From: an uncultured Tateyamaria sp.
Lineage (GTDB): Bacteria; Pseudomonadota; Alphaproteobacteria; Rhodobacterales; Rhodobacteraceae
NCBI RefSeq assembly: GCF_947488715.1
Contig: NZ_CANLAG010000005.1
Location: 325,950-357,949, forward strand
Reading direction: 5' to 3'
Length of the DNA stretch: 32,000 bases
In this document: one piece after another, positions 1 to 10,800 of the stretch
How the letters are laid out: each line of letters begins with the position of its first letter
Position numbering within the stretch: the first letter of the stretch is position 1
Program-made: the position numbers and the translations under genes
The notes under the pieces: generated by a model
Databases searched by the model: none
What the model was told of the DNA's origin: nothing
What the model saw: the letters and a program-made list of their open reading frames with translations, nothing else

Positions 1-996
1 ATGACCAAGAAACAGCACTCTCCCTTTGTCAGAGCGGTTCGAAGGCTCAGCCTGTCGCTGAGTTTCGTCATACTTGTCGTGCTCTTTTTGCTGGTCGTTC
101 TATGGCAGTCCATCGTCTACACCACGCCGGTTGGTCATCAGAGTGTCCTTTGGCATCGACTGGCCACGTCCGATGGCAGCAATTCGGTTGGCCCTCTGGG
201 CGAGGGGCTGCACCTGATCTGGCCATGGGACGAATTCTATACCTATGACCTGCGGCTACAGACGCATCACAACAATTATCAGGTGGTGTCCAATGACGGG
301 CTGCACTTCGATATTTCGCTGACATTCCGGTGGCGCCTGATCGGCGAAAACATCGTGTCACTGAACGACAACATCGGTCCCGAATACGTTGAAAAGGTTC
401 TGGTGCCTGAAATCGGATCGGTCACACGCGCCGTGATCGCACAATTCAATGCTGAAGCCTTGGTCACCGAGGGGCGGTCCGATGTGCAGTCCAAGATCTA
501 CGCGGGCGTCACGTCACCTGATCTGCCCAACGGTATTCTGGGGCGTCGGACGCCAGAGCCCGATGAACTGGGTCTGATCCTGTTGACGGATGTTCTGATC
601 CGCCGCGTGGCGCTGCCGACGCAGATCAAGCAGGCCATCGAGAACAAGCTGGAGCAGGCACAAGTTGTCGAGGAATACGCATTCCGGGTCCAGCGCGAAG
701 GGTTGGAAAAACAGCGCAAGGAGATTGAAGCCGAGGGCATCAGGAATTTCCAGAACACGATCGCGCCTGCAATTTCAGAGAGTTATCTGAAGTGGCGCGG
801 CATCGAAGCAACGCTGCGACTGGCCGAATCCGAGAACGCCAAGATTGTCATTTTCGGCAACAGCGATGATGGGCTGCCCGTCATTCTCGACATGGAAACC
901 CCGGATGATCCGCGGATGTTTGCACCGATTGAACCTCGTCCCGAACAGCCTGTGGATGAGGCCGCAACTGAGACGGAACCGAGCGACAAACCATAG
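1..996 (+). CDS. SPFH/band-7 (prohibitin/HflC-like) membrane protein
   Basis: 331-aa ORF with ATG at window base 1, so the upstream context is not visible. It has an N-terminal hydrophobic anchor (LSLSLSFVILVVLFLLVVLW), then an SPFH core and a prohibitin-type coiled-coil segment (ALPTQIKQAIENKLEQAQVVEEYAFRVQREGLEKQRKEIEAEGIRNFQ), and an acidic, Pro-rich tail. Confidence 0.8.
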   Translation: MTKKQHSPFVRAVRRLSLSLSFVILVVLFLLVVLWQSIVYTTPVGHQSVLWHRLATSDGSNSVGPLGEGLHLIWPWDEFYTYDLRLQTHHNNYQVVSNDGLHFDISLTFRWRLIGENIVSLNDNIGPEYVEKVLVPEIGSVTRAVIAQFNAEALVTEGRSDVQSKIYAGVTSPDLPNGILGRRTPEPDELGLILLTDVLIRRVALPTQIKQAIENKLEQAQVVEEYAFRVQREGLEKQRKEIEAEGIRNFQNTIAPAISESYLKWRGIEATLRLAESENAKIVIFGNSDDGLPVILDMETPDDPRMFAPIEPRPEQPVDEAATETEPSDKP

Positions 997-1011
997 AACC
1001 AGATTGGACGT

Positions 1012-4000
1012 GTGATGGGTGGGCACAAATCGTCAATTGCGAACGGATCAACGGATGCCGTGGTGTCGCGCGTGTTTGGCATTGCGGGCATTGTCGACTG
1101 TGATGTGACGGATGTGCCTGTGTCTGCGGGGGCGCTGCGCGTTCTGCGCGTTATGGGGCCAGGCGCGGTTGCGTTGGCCAAGTCGCCGCCTGAGGGTTTG
1201 TTGCGCCGGGATGGCGGAGAGGTTGACCTTATCTTGCCAGTCACGGATGTGCGCGATCCTTTGCCCGAGGATATGGCTCTGTGGACGGATGCGGCGCAAA
1301 ATGATGCTCTGCGCGATTTGCAAACGGCGACAGGTGCGCGGGATGTCGCGCTGACGCTGGACTGGGATGCGGCACCTGTTGCGCGCATGCGCGTTGGGGT
1401 GGCTTCTAAACCCGATGCGCCACAACCGCCGTCGGACCGCGCCGCATTCGGGCGTAAGTTGTCTGATGTGCCTGCGCTCATCGAAGGTGCGCCTTACATC
1501 GCGCCAGATGATCATCCTCGGACTTTGGCGGATGCTGTGCATCGCCTTACCGCGTCGACCAAAGAGATTGTCGCATACCGGCCTGACGGTCGGGTCCATC
1601 GGGTCACCTACGCCACGCTTGTGGATCAGGCGCGCCGGGTTCAGGCGGGATTGGCGGCTGCGGGGCTGGGCAAGGGCGACATCGTTCTGTGTGACGTCAC
1701 GGACGCCATTCAAAGCACGGCAATCGTCTGGGGCGCGACCCTCGGCGGCGTTGTGCCTGCGCTGATTTCAGTCCCTGAGGATCATGGTGACGGGCAGGCA
1801 GAAGCCTTTGGACGTATCGAAGCGGCCGCGCAGGTTTTGGGGCATCCGCCGATCATCCTTGACCAGGCGCAGATGTGCGATGAGCTGCGCGGGTTTAAGG
1901 TGCTCGATGCCACAGGCTTGGTGCAACATCCTACCGCCGCTGACCAACCCGTCGAAATTGACCCGGAAGACGACGCCGTCGTGTTGTTGACGTCGGGCAG
2001 CACGGGCGTGCCCAAAGGCGTGGTGCAATCCCATCGCGCCACCTTGGCAATGGTCGGGGCCGCCTTGCACCGTGGCGCGGGGATCGAAGCATCGCATACC
2101 GTGTTCAACTGGATGCCACGCGACCACGTGGGATCATATATGATTGCCACCATGGGTGCCTGCGTCCTGGGCGCTTCGCAGGTGCACGCCGATACCGGTT
2201 GGATCCTCGCCGATCCGACCCGTTGGCTTGATGCAATGTCTGAACACCACGCCGGGCTGACGTGGTCGCCGAATTTCTCCTTTGCCTTGATCACGCGTGC
2301 GGCGCTGGAACACCCCAAAGGCTGGGATCTTTCGGGATTGAAGGCCATTTTCAATGGCGGGGAAACCGTCACTGAGGACGTGCTGGACGCGTTCATAGAC
2401 GCCATGAAACCCTTTGGTGTGTCAGGCTCCGGGGTCATGATCCCGTCGCTCGGCATGTCCGAGACGTGCTCTGCCGTGACACTGGGACGACTGGGGCGGG
2501 CCCATGGCCCATTCACGAGCCTTGGTGGTGCTGTGCCTGGCACGCAGTTGCGCGCGGTTGATCCTGAGGATGGCGTTTTGCGCGAGGGCGAGATTGGGCG
2601 CGTCCAAGTCGCAGGCCCCCAACTGATGAGCCGTTATCACGGGCTGGATACGGCCGCGATTTCGCCGGACGGGTGGTATGACACGGGCGATCTGGGCTTT
2701 ATCGCCGACGGTGGGCTGTATCTCACCGGACGTCTCAAGGACACGGTCAACGTCAACGGAGCGACGTATTTCGCGCATGAAATAGAACAGGCTTTGGGTG
2801 ATATTCCCGGTGTCGACGATGCGGCAACCGTTGTAACAGCGGTGGACCGGGCGAATGACGGCGAAGCATTGGCTGTGTTCTTTGCCCCTGCGGATGCCAG
2901 TGGGCGAGACAATGCAACAGTTCTGGCGCAATTGGCGGCCGTGCTGCGCGACAGGCTGGCGGCACGGTTGGCCCTGACCCCAGATCTTTTGATCCCCATA
3001 GACCCGGTGGACATCCCACGCACCAGCATCGGCAAGGTGGTGCGCCGTACCCTTCAGGACCGGGTCCGCGCCGGTGACTTTGATCGCCGTATCGCGCTGT
3101 TGGAACACGCGGCAGGCGCTACAGGCGTTGTGCCTTGCGCCGTCCACCGCAAAGTCTGGGTGCCATTCGCTTCTACTCCGTCATGCACCGCACCAAACTA
3201 CCCAGCCTTAGTGTTCTGCGATGACCCGGCCGAAGCGGGTTTTCTGAGTGACATGCCAACGTCTTACATCGCGCCGCCGGACGGCGTGTGGCCCCAGCAA
3301 GATGTGCGCGGGGGTATGGTCATGTTCATTGCGCCGCGGCGCAATGCCCACGCTGCGTTAGTGCGGATTGCTGACCAGATTGCGAACCTGTCGCCAAATC
3401 ATCGGCCCGCGCATGTTTTGGTCGTGACGCAGGGCGCGGTTTGTGTGGACCCGTCGGATGCCACCCAGCCGGAACACGCTCTATTACCGGGTCTTGTGCA
3501 ATCGCTCGGCGTTCTTGCGCCCGACGTGCATTGGTCCTTGGCAGACATAAACAGGACGGACCGCGCTGGTCAGTCGACCGCCATTTCTGCGTCACGCGTG
3601 TGTCTGTCTGCCTTTCGGAACGGCTCTTGGGTCACGCCAAAATGGCAACGCGAGAGCCTAGGCACACAACCACCGAAACCGGGCCCGTGGTTGGTCACGG
3701 GTGGTTTGGGCGGTATTGGCCGTCAGGTCTGCGCAGACCTACAAAGCTGCGGTGCCGAACTGATCATCGTCGGACGTACGCCGGAAATCGGGCTGGACGA
3801 GACGCGATCGCAAGCATTGGCGAATTTCCGGGCATCAGGCCGGGTGCAATACGTGTCCTGCGATCTGGCAAAGGGGACCTTGGCCGACGTCTTGCCAAAG
3901 ATCGAAGCCATTTTGGACCGCACTATCGCGGGTGTCATCCACTTGGCGGCATGTGTGCCGGATGAACAGGCGCCTCACGCCGTGGCTGGTGACTGGGACG

Positions 4001-4881
4001 CAGCCCAAGCCGCCTTGTCGGCTGTGTTTGCGTTGGGCATAGATCGACCAGACCTTCGGGTCGTGACGGTTGGGTCGATTGTCGGCCAGGTGGGCGGTCG
4101 GCTGCAGGCCTATGCGGCCCTGAATGCTGCGCTTGCAGAGGCATCCTTGGCCGCAGGCGGCGTGCACCACGTCCGGCTGGACCTTTCGTGTTGGGAAAAT
4201 CGCGGCATGAGTGCGGGTCGGACCAGCGCGTCGTTGCTTCACGCGGATGGTTTGCTGCCGTTGCGTGATGCGACTGGCGTTGCGCTGATGCGGCATGCCA
4301 TGTGCGCGCCCAGTGGCCATTTGATCGGCGGAATGGATGTGCGCCACCCTCGGCACGGTTGGCTGGAAGAAGCGGAAACCGCGCGGCCCGTTCTGGCACC
4401 GACCGCGTGGGTCGGCGGCAATACGTCCGCAGGTGCCGTGTCTTTGCGTGATGCACGCGGGGCGGATCATCTTGTTCCCCTGCATGTCCGCGAGACGCTG
4501 CCAAAAACCGCAAGCGGCGCGGTTGATCAGGCACAGCTGTTAGCCGGGTCGGCTGAACTGGACGACGCGGCGGATGACCCCGTGGCGCAGGTGGTGGCAC
4601 TGGCCATGGCCGACACGCTCGACTTGGATCAAGCCTCTGTTTCGGCGGACTTCTTTGCCCTTGGTGGCACATCATTGTTGGCCGCACGTCTTGCGCAACA
4701 GTTGGCCGAACTGTTCTTTGTTGATCTGAGCATCGCGCATGTGTTCCGCGCGCCGCGCCCAGCACAACTGGCCAAAACCTTGCGCCGTCGTGAGGCAGAG
4801 CCGGGGCTCGTTGACGCCGCTGCCGGTGAAATTCTCAATGCCGTAAGCGCACCGGAAACCCAGACCGAGCCCGCGGAATGA
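1012..4881 (+). CDS. Assembly-line loading protein: FAAL-like acyl-AMP ligase - PKS-type ketoreductase - carrier protein (1289 aa)
   Basis: The ORF begins at GTG 1012 or ATG 1015, and the true start is uncertain. ANL-superfamily motifs: LLTSGSTGVPKG (nt 1984-2019), NWMPRDHVGS, SPNFSFAL, GMSET, YDTGDLG, and GRLKDTVNVNGATYFAHEIE, which is the KD..NG type seen in FAAL/acyl-CoA ligases rather than the NRPS GRxDxQVKIRGxRIE. The A10 motif is IPRTSIGKVVRR (3016-3048). The KR shows Rossmann VTGGLGGIG (3694-3720) and the catalytic Tyr motif QAYAALNAAL (Tyr codon 4111-4113). The carrier motif is FFALGGTSLLAARL (Ser codon 4672-4674). The stop codon overlaps the next start (ATGA). Confidence 0.85.
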   Translation: MMGGHKSSIANGSTDAVVSRVFGIAGIVDCDVTDVPVSAGALRVLRVMGPGAVALAKSPPEGLLRRDGGEVDLILPVTDVRDPLPEDMALWTDAAQNDALRDLQTATGARDVALTLDWDAAPVARMRVGVASKPDAPQPPSDRAAFGRKLSDVPALIEGAPYIAPDDHPRTLADAVHRLTASTKEIVAYRPDGRVHRVTYATLVDQARRVQAGLAAAGLGKGDIVLCDVTDAIQSTAIVWGATLGGVVPALISVPEDHGDGQAEAFGRIEAAAQVLGHPPIILDQAQMCDELRGFKVLDATGLVQHPTAADQPVEIDPEDDAVVLLTSGSTGVPKGVVQSHRATLAMVGAALHRGAGIEASHTVFNWMPRDHVGSYMIATMGACVLGASQVHADTGWILADPTRWLDAMSEHHAGLTWSPNFSFALITRAALEHPKGWDLSGLKAIFNGGETVTEDVLDAFIDAMKPFGVSGSGVMIPSLGMSETCSAVTLGRLGRAHGPFTSLGGAVPGTQLRAVDPEDGVLREGEIGRVQVAGPQLMSRYHGLDTAAISPDGWYDTGDLGFIADGGLYLTGRLKDTVNVNGATYFAHEIEQALGDIPGVDDAATVVTAVDRANDGEALAVFFAPADASGRDNATVLAQLAAVLRDRLAARLALTPDLLIPIDPVDIPRTSIGKVVRRTLQDRVRAGDFDRRIALLEHAAGATGVVPCAVHRKVWVPFASTPSCTAPNYPALVFCDDPAEAGFLSDMPTSYIAPPDGVWPQQDVRGGMVMFIAPRRNAHAALVRIADQIANLSPNHRPAHVLVVTQGAVCVDPSDATQPEHALLPGLVQSLGVLAPDVHWSLADINRTDRAGQSTAISASRVCLSAFRNGSWVTPKWQRESLGTQPPKPGPWLVTGGLGGIGRQVCADLQSCGAELIIVGRTPEIGLDETRSQALANFRASGRVQYVSCDLAKGTLADVLPKIEAILDRTIAGVIHLAACVPDEQAPHAVAGDWDAAQAALSAVFALGIDRPDLRVVTVGSIVGQVGGRLQAYAALNAALAEASLAAGGVHHVRLDLSCWENRGMSAGRTSASLLHADGLLPLRDATGVALMRHAMCAPSGHLIGGMDVRHPRHGWLEEAETARPVLAPTAWVGGNTSAGAVSLRDARGADHLVPLHVRETLPKTASGAVDQAQLLAGSAELDDAADDPVAQVVALAMADTLDLDQASVSADFFALGGTSLLAARLAQQLAELFFVDLSIAHVFRAPRPAQLAKTLRRREAEPGLVDAAAGEILNAVSAPETQTEPAE

Positions 4882-7800
4882 GCAAGCTGGGGATCATAGA
4901 CCGCACCGCATTGGCAAAGCGTTTGACACAACGCGGCTTTGGTTCAGCCCAAGACGAACCGCGTGAGCCGAGCGTTCCGCAAGACGCCACACCAACTGCC
5001 AACATGGCAGAGAAACGGTTCTGGACGCAGGAGCAGATGGACCCGACCCCGGGCTTGAACGCCTTGGGTGTTTGGCTGGATTTGAAGGTCCCGGTGACCC
5101 GGGCGGCGTTTGTTGCGGCATTGACCAAGGTGGTGCAGCGTCACGACGCCTTGCGTACCAAGTACACGGACCGCGATGGCGCGTTGCACCTTGATGTGGT
5201 GGACGATCTGCCACTGCCGCTCGGTGCGCCTTTGGGCGACACCGCGCCTGATGCCGTCCGTCAGGCTCTGTTCGACATGGGTTTGATCATGGCCCAGGAC
5301 ACGCCGTGGCAGGTTCGGCTGGCGGTGACGGGCCGGAATGGCACAGATGAAGTCGTCAATGGCGTCTTGATCGGCGTGCATCACGCCATCATGGACTGGG
5401 GCGGTTTGGCCGTCTTTGTGCAAGAACTCGATCAGGCGCTGGATGGTGCGGAAACACCGGCGTCGCCTGTGCATCCTCAGGGATTTGAACATAAATTTCA
5501 AAGGTCTCGAGCCGCCCATCGTGCCGAAGCCGAGGCCTACTGGCAGGCGCGCCTAGATGGGTGCCCCGCCGTTTTGTCCATCCCCGCAGCGCAAAGCGGG
5601 TCCGAACCGGCCCCCGGCTATCACACAAGAACCTTAACACTGGGCGCCGAACAGTCGCAGCGTCTGCGTGCACGGGCTGCGGCACTTGGTGCGACACCGT
5701 TTTCTCTTTTGCTGTCCGCCTATGGCTTGGTGCTGACCGGACTGTCCAGCACGCCAGAGGTGGTTTTCGGCACTGCCGTGTCGCATCGTGACCAACAAGG
5801 CGGAGAGTGCATCATCGCATGCCTGTCAGACCTCGTGCCGTTGCGGCTGGCCCTGGACAGTTCCGACACGGTGGACAGCACACTGCGCGGCGTTCACGGC
5901 CAGATGGCGCAGGATATCGAGCACGCGCATCTAGGCTTTGCCGACATTGTTGCCGCATCGGGTGTGGCGCGTCACCGGGACAAGGCCCCGCTGGTACAGG
6001 CGATATTCAATCTCTTGGAGCCTATGCCCGAGGGCCAGCACCTGACGGCGCAACCGGTTTACAGTCAGGTTGCCCGCGCGGACATCGCTTTGGACGCCCA
6101 AGATCACGGTGACCTTTCGCTGCGCCTTGAGTTGCGCGCCGCAATGTTCACGCCTGCGCTGGCGGACCAAATTGCGCGGTGTTTGGACAGTGCGGTTGCG
6201 CATGTTCTGGCGGATGGGTCGCAGCCGCTTGGTGCCGTTGCTTGGCCTGTGGCCCCACCTGACATACAGCCATCTCTGGCCCCGCCAAAGACCCATTTGG
6301 GGGAATGGTTGTTTGACCGCATGGCGGCGCAGCCGGGGCAAACCGTAAAGGACGGTGACCAAGTCACAACATTTGCGGAGATCTGCAAAAGTGCGGAGGC
6401 TTTGGCGGCGGCGCTGATCGATGCAGGCGTCGCACCGGGCGACGCAGTTGCCGTGCATCTGCCGCGCGGGATTGCCCAAGTGACAGCCACGCTTGCCTGT
6501 TTGCGTGCGGGTGGGGTCTTGGTGCTGATTGACCCCGATCACCCGGTTCAACGACGTGCAGATGTTGTCGCTCAGTCGCAGGCCCGTGTGATGATTGGCG
6601 AAGGCATCGATGCTGATCTGACATCGCTGGTCGATGTGATGGTTGCGCCCACTGCCAAGGGGGCAGGCGCATGTCCAACTGTGTGGCCGCACCGGGACCC
6701 GCAAGACATCGCGTACATCGTGTTCACCTCCGGTTCGACCGGGCGACCCAAGGGGGCATGCGGGACCCATCAGGGCCTGTTGAACCGTCTGATCTGGATG
6801 GAGGGCGCGTATCCCTGGGCATCGGACGACGTGGCGTGCCTCAAAACCTCTGCGGCTTTTGTCGATGCGCTGACCGAGATGCTCGGACCGTTGGCGGCGG
6901 GTGTCGCCAGTGTTGTTGCGGGGGCGGATGTGGCAAAGGATCCGCATGCCCTGGCGCAGTTCATTGGCACAAATCACGTGACGCGGATTGTTGCAGTGCC
7001 AAGCCTGATTTCGGTTTGGACAGATCATGTGCCGGGTATTGCGACCTTTTTGTCCCCATTGCGGTTGTGTGTGTCGAGCGGAGAGCCGTTGACCGCGCGG
7101 GTTCTGCGCAAAATGGCAGAGATCGCGCCGAAATGCCGGGTGCTGAACCTCTATGGCGCATCCGAGATGTCGGGGGATGTGACGCATCACTTGCCCACAG
7201 GGACAAGTGACGTGATCCCCATTGGACGCGCGATGCCGGGCAATCGTCTGGCTGTTGTCGACCCGAATGGACATACTTTGCCCACTGGGTTCCCCGGCGA
7301 ATTGGTCGTGTCGGGCGTTGCTTTGGCGGACGGGTATCGTGGCGCGACCGCGGCGGACCAGGCACGGTTTGCTCCCATGGCCGTCTTTGATGGCGCTGTG
7401 GGCTATTCCACTGGGGACCGCGCTTATCTGGATGGGTCGGGTGACGTGGTCTTGCTGGGCCGCAAGGATGATCAGGTCAAGATTGACGGCGTCCGGGTTG
7501 AATTGGCAGAGGTGGCACGGGTGATCGAACATGCGCCCGGTGTGGCGCAATGCGTGGTGCTGGCCGCTGGAGCCGAGGGCGGCTCACCCCACTTGACCGC
7601 CTTTGTGACTTTGGCGGATGCAGCAACAGACACGCCTAACGAGGGTGCGCTGCGTCAGTTTGCACGGGCACGTTTGCTTGGGTCGGTTGTTCCTGGGCGT
7701 ATCCTTGTCCTCGAAACGATGCCGACGGGTCCTACGGGCAAAATCGACCGCCGGGCACTTGAGGCCAATGCAGCGCAGCGCGGTGCAGAAATTGCGTCAG

Positions 7801-10800
7801 AACCGTCCGAGCATACCGCGCAATCACAGCAGATTGCTGAGATATGGGCGGATGTTCTGGATGTCGCTTTGCCCACACCTGAGGCGGATTTTTTCGCATT
7901 GGGTGGCACGTCCTTGCGCGCGGTTGTCGTCATGTCGCGCCTGAGTGCGGCCATTGGTCGATATCTTGAGCCGGGCTTGATCTTTGATCACCCGACCCCT
8001 GCGGCGCTGGCCGATGCCGTGATACAGGGCGAGACGGCGCAAGGTGACGGACCGCCTTTGCCGGCGGTGACAGTCCGCGCCCCTGCGGAACGCAGTCCTA
8101 TGACGGCCAATCAGGCGTGGTTGTGGCGCCTGCATCGGGATGCACCGCAAAGCACAGCTTACAATCTGGCTGCCGGATATCGGCTGGGTGCTCATGTGGA
8201 TTTGGACGCATTGGCTGATGCTGTGGCCGCTGTGTTTGAGCGGCACACCAGCCTGCGCACCCGTGTCCACACAGAAGGAGCGGAGGCCTGGACGCAGTGC
8301 GCATCTTCCCCCGAACCCGACTGCGCTTTGATCCGCGAAAGCGATGACGAGACGCCGGATGAGGCGCTGATACAGCGCGCGGCCACACGGCCCTTTGACC
8401 TGCAACAAGAGAACCCGGCCCGGTTTGCGATCTATCCACGGAAGGCGGGGTATCTGCTGGTCATCTCGGTGCATCACATGGCAAGCGATGGGTGGTCCGC
8501 ACAGGTGATCGTGGATGATCTGTCCCGATGCTACGCACAAAAGGTCGCGGGCCGCGACATCGCAGACGCGCCGGTCCCGCAGTCGTCGGATGTCGCGCAT
8601 TGGCAAAACGAAGCACGCCCCGCCCTGCGCGACACACTTGATGCGTATGTTGCAGGCTTGGCAGAGGCCGCGGGACCGACGCTGGCCCCGGCGAACCCAA
8701 TGGCACCACGCGGAGGACTCGCCGAACGCGTGACCGTGAAACTGGATGCCGCAACGCTTGGCGATTTGGTGGCACAAGGTCCAATTGGAACAACCACCCT
8801 TGGCGTTTTGTGTGCAGCGTGGGCGCTCGTCTTACGTGGCTTTGGTACGGATACCCCTTTGCTGATGGGCATTCCACGGGCCGGGCGCAGCGCACCTGGG
8901 CTGGAAAAGGCCGTGGGCTTTTTCGCAAACACGGTTCTGATGCCGCTTGACCCTGATCCGGCTGAGCCTTGGTCATCTGTATTGCAACAAACTCAGGACA
9001 AGCTGCGGGCGACCGCCCCCTGCGACATGATCCCCTTGGCGTGGGTGCAGGATGCCGGTGCAGGCTGGCGTGCTGATACGTCTGAGATCCGCACATTGGT
9101 GGTGCCCGAAGACGGATTTGATTGGAAATTGGATCTGCCTGGTGCCGACGTGCAATGGGCCGGACAGTCGCGCCCGACAGAAGCACGAGCAGACGTCGCG
9201 GTGGTGCTGACCCGTGCGGGTGCTGGACTGAGCGTCGAAATCGAATATGACACCGGACGCATTTCGGCGATGTTTGGGCAGAGCTTGGCGAATGCGCTGG
9301 CCTGCATTCTGAAGGGTGCGGCGCGCAATCCGCGAGCCGGTGGCGCACCTTTGACCGAGGACGAGACCACACCCGCGACGCTCCAGAATGACACTGAAAG
9401 TTCCGCTTTCACGGGGCAACGCATAGATGCACAGCTGGCGGATTGGGCGCATGCCGCACCTGATGCAGTGGCTGCCGTGGGTCCAGAGGGAGCCATCACC
9501 GCCGCTGAATTGGAAGCGCGTGTTGCGACTTATGCGACACGGCTGTCTGCGGCGGGTCTCAGTTGTGACATGGCCGCCGCAGTTGATTGCCAACGCGGGC
9601 TGTCGTGGTTGGTCGCCATTCTGTCGATCTGGCGCGTTGGCGCACGGGTCGTCATTCTGGACCCCGCATGGCCGCATGCGCAACGCGCAGACATTTGCGA
9701 CGATGCCAACGTCGCCATGGTTCTGGACGCAGGCACAGTGTCCTTCACAGCCCCATTTCCAACTGCAAAGGGCCAAGCCCTGCGAGGATTGGCGGACATC
9801 GCGGCGCTGACGTACACGTCTGGCACAACCGGGCGACCCAAGGGCGTTGCCTTGGCCCATGACGCATTATTGCGCTTGGGTGATGCACTGCGAACTGCGC
9901 TGGATGTACGACCGGGCGACCGTATCTTGCAGGCCGCAGCCCCTGCATTTGACGTCGCATTGTCGGATATCGCGATGGCGTTGACAGCCCGCGCGGCTTT
10001 GGTTGTTTTGCCGCAGGACGATGTATTGGCCGGACGAAACCTGACCAATGCGCTCGAACGCGAGCAGATCACGCATATGCAGGTGGCAGCCACTGTGCTG
10101 AGCAACACCGCTGCACAACCCTTGCCGCACCTCCGGGCGGTTGCCGTCGGGGGAGAGCCTTGTCCACCTGCCACACTCGATGCGTGGTCCAAAGGGCGGG
10201 CGCTCTTTGTTGCCTATGGACCCGCCGAAGCAACGGTAACGGCGACGGTTATCCGGTATGATGCACAGATGCCTCAGGCTGCCTTGGGTTTCCCCATTGC
10301 GGGCAACAACCTCGCCGTTCTGGACCGCTTTGATCAACCGCTGCCGCCCGGTGCGGTTGGTGATATTGTGATCGGCGGGCGCCAGATCGCGCGCTATCTG
10401 GGCCATGCTGCAGCTGGCGCGAATGGGTTCGGCACCACGGATGTATTTGGAGAAACGCAGCCCGCGCTGCGCACGGGTGATCGCGGGTGGATGACGGCGG
10501 ACGGTTGCCTGGTGTTTGCAGGCCGCACCGACCGTCAGCTCAAGATACGGGGCACGCGCGTAGAACCACGCGCTATCGAAGTTGCGCTGGATGCCCACCC
10601 GGAAGTGCAACGCGCTTTGGTCGGCCATACCGGCGATGGGCCAGAGCGGATGTTGGTCGCTTGGGTTACGCTGCGCAGCGGGATCATTGACGCCAAATCC
10701 GAGGCGGTGCTGCGCGACTGGCTGTCTGCGCGTTTGCCCAAGGCGTCGGTGCCGTCGCGGATTGCCGTGTTGGAGGCCTGGCCGCTGACGCCAAACGGCA

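Noticed and set aside
4878-4925. The ORF2 N-terminus MSKLGIIDRTALAKRL resembles an A10 motif (GKIDRxAL) and could be a second adenylation-domain remnant.
   Set aside because: The match is only about 8 residues with the key Lys absent, which is too short to separate from chance. It may simply be a linker or docking helix.
5495-5502. The AT-rich 8-mer ATTTCAAA is shared between the C1 domain (5495-5502) and the ORF2 tail (11105-11112).
   Set aside because: The match is short and appears only twice. The flanks differ and no repeat structure extends beyond 8-9 nt.
5931-7550. 539-aa ORF on the minus strand, antisense to the NRPS gene. Similar long antisense ORFs occur at 9867-11333, 12023-13498 and 14807-16666.
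   Set aside because: These look like the shadow ORFs expected opposite GC-rich coding sequence. Their products are Arg/Pro/Gly/His-rich and low in complexity, and show no domain motifs. The + strand frame carries unambiguous NRPS motifs throughout.
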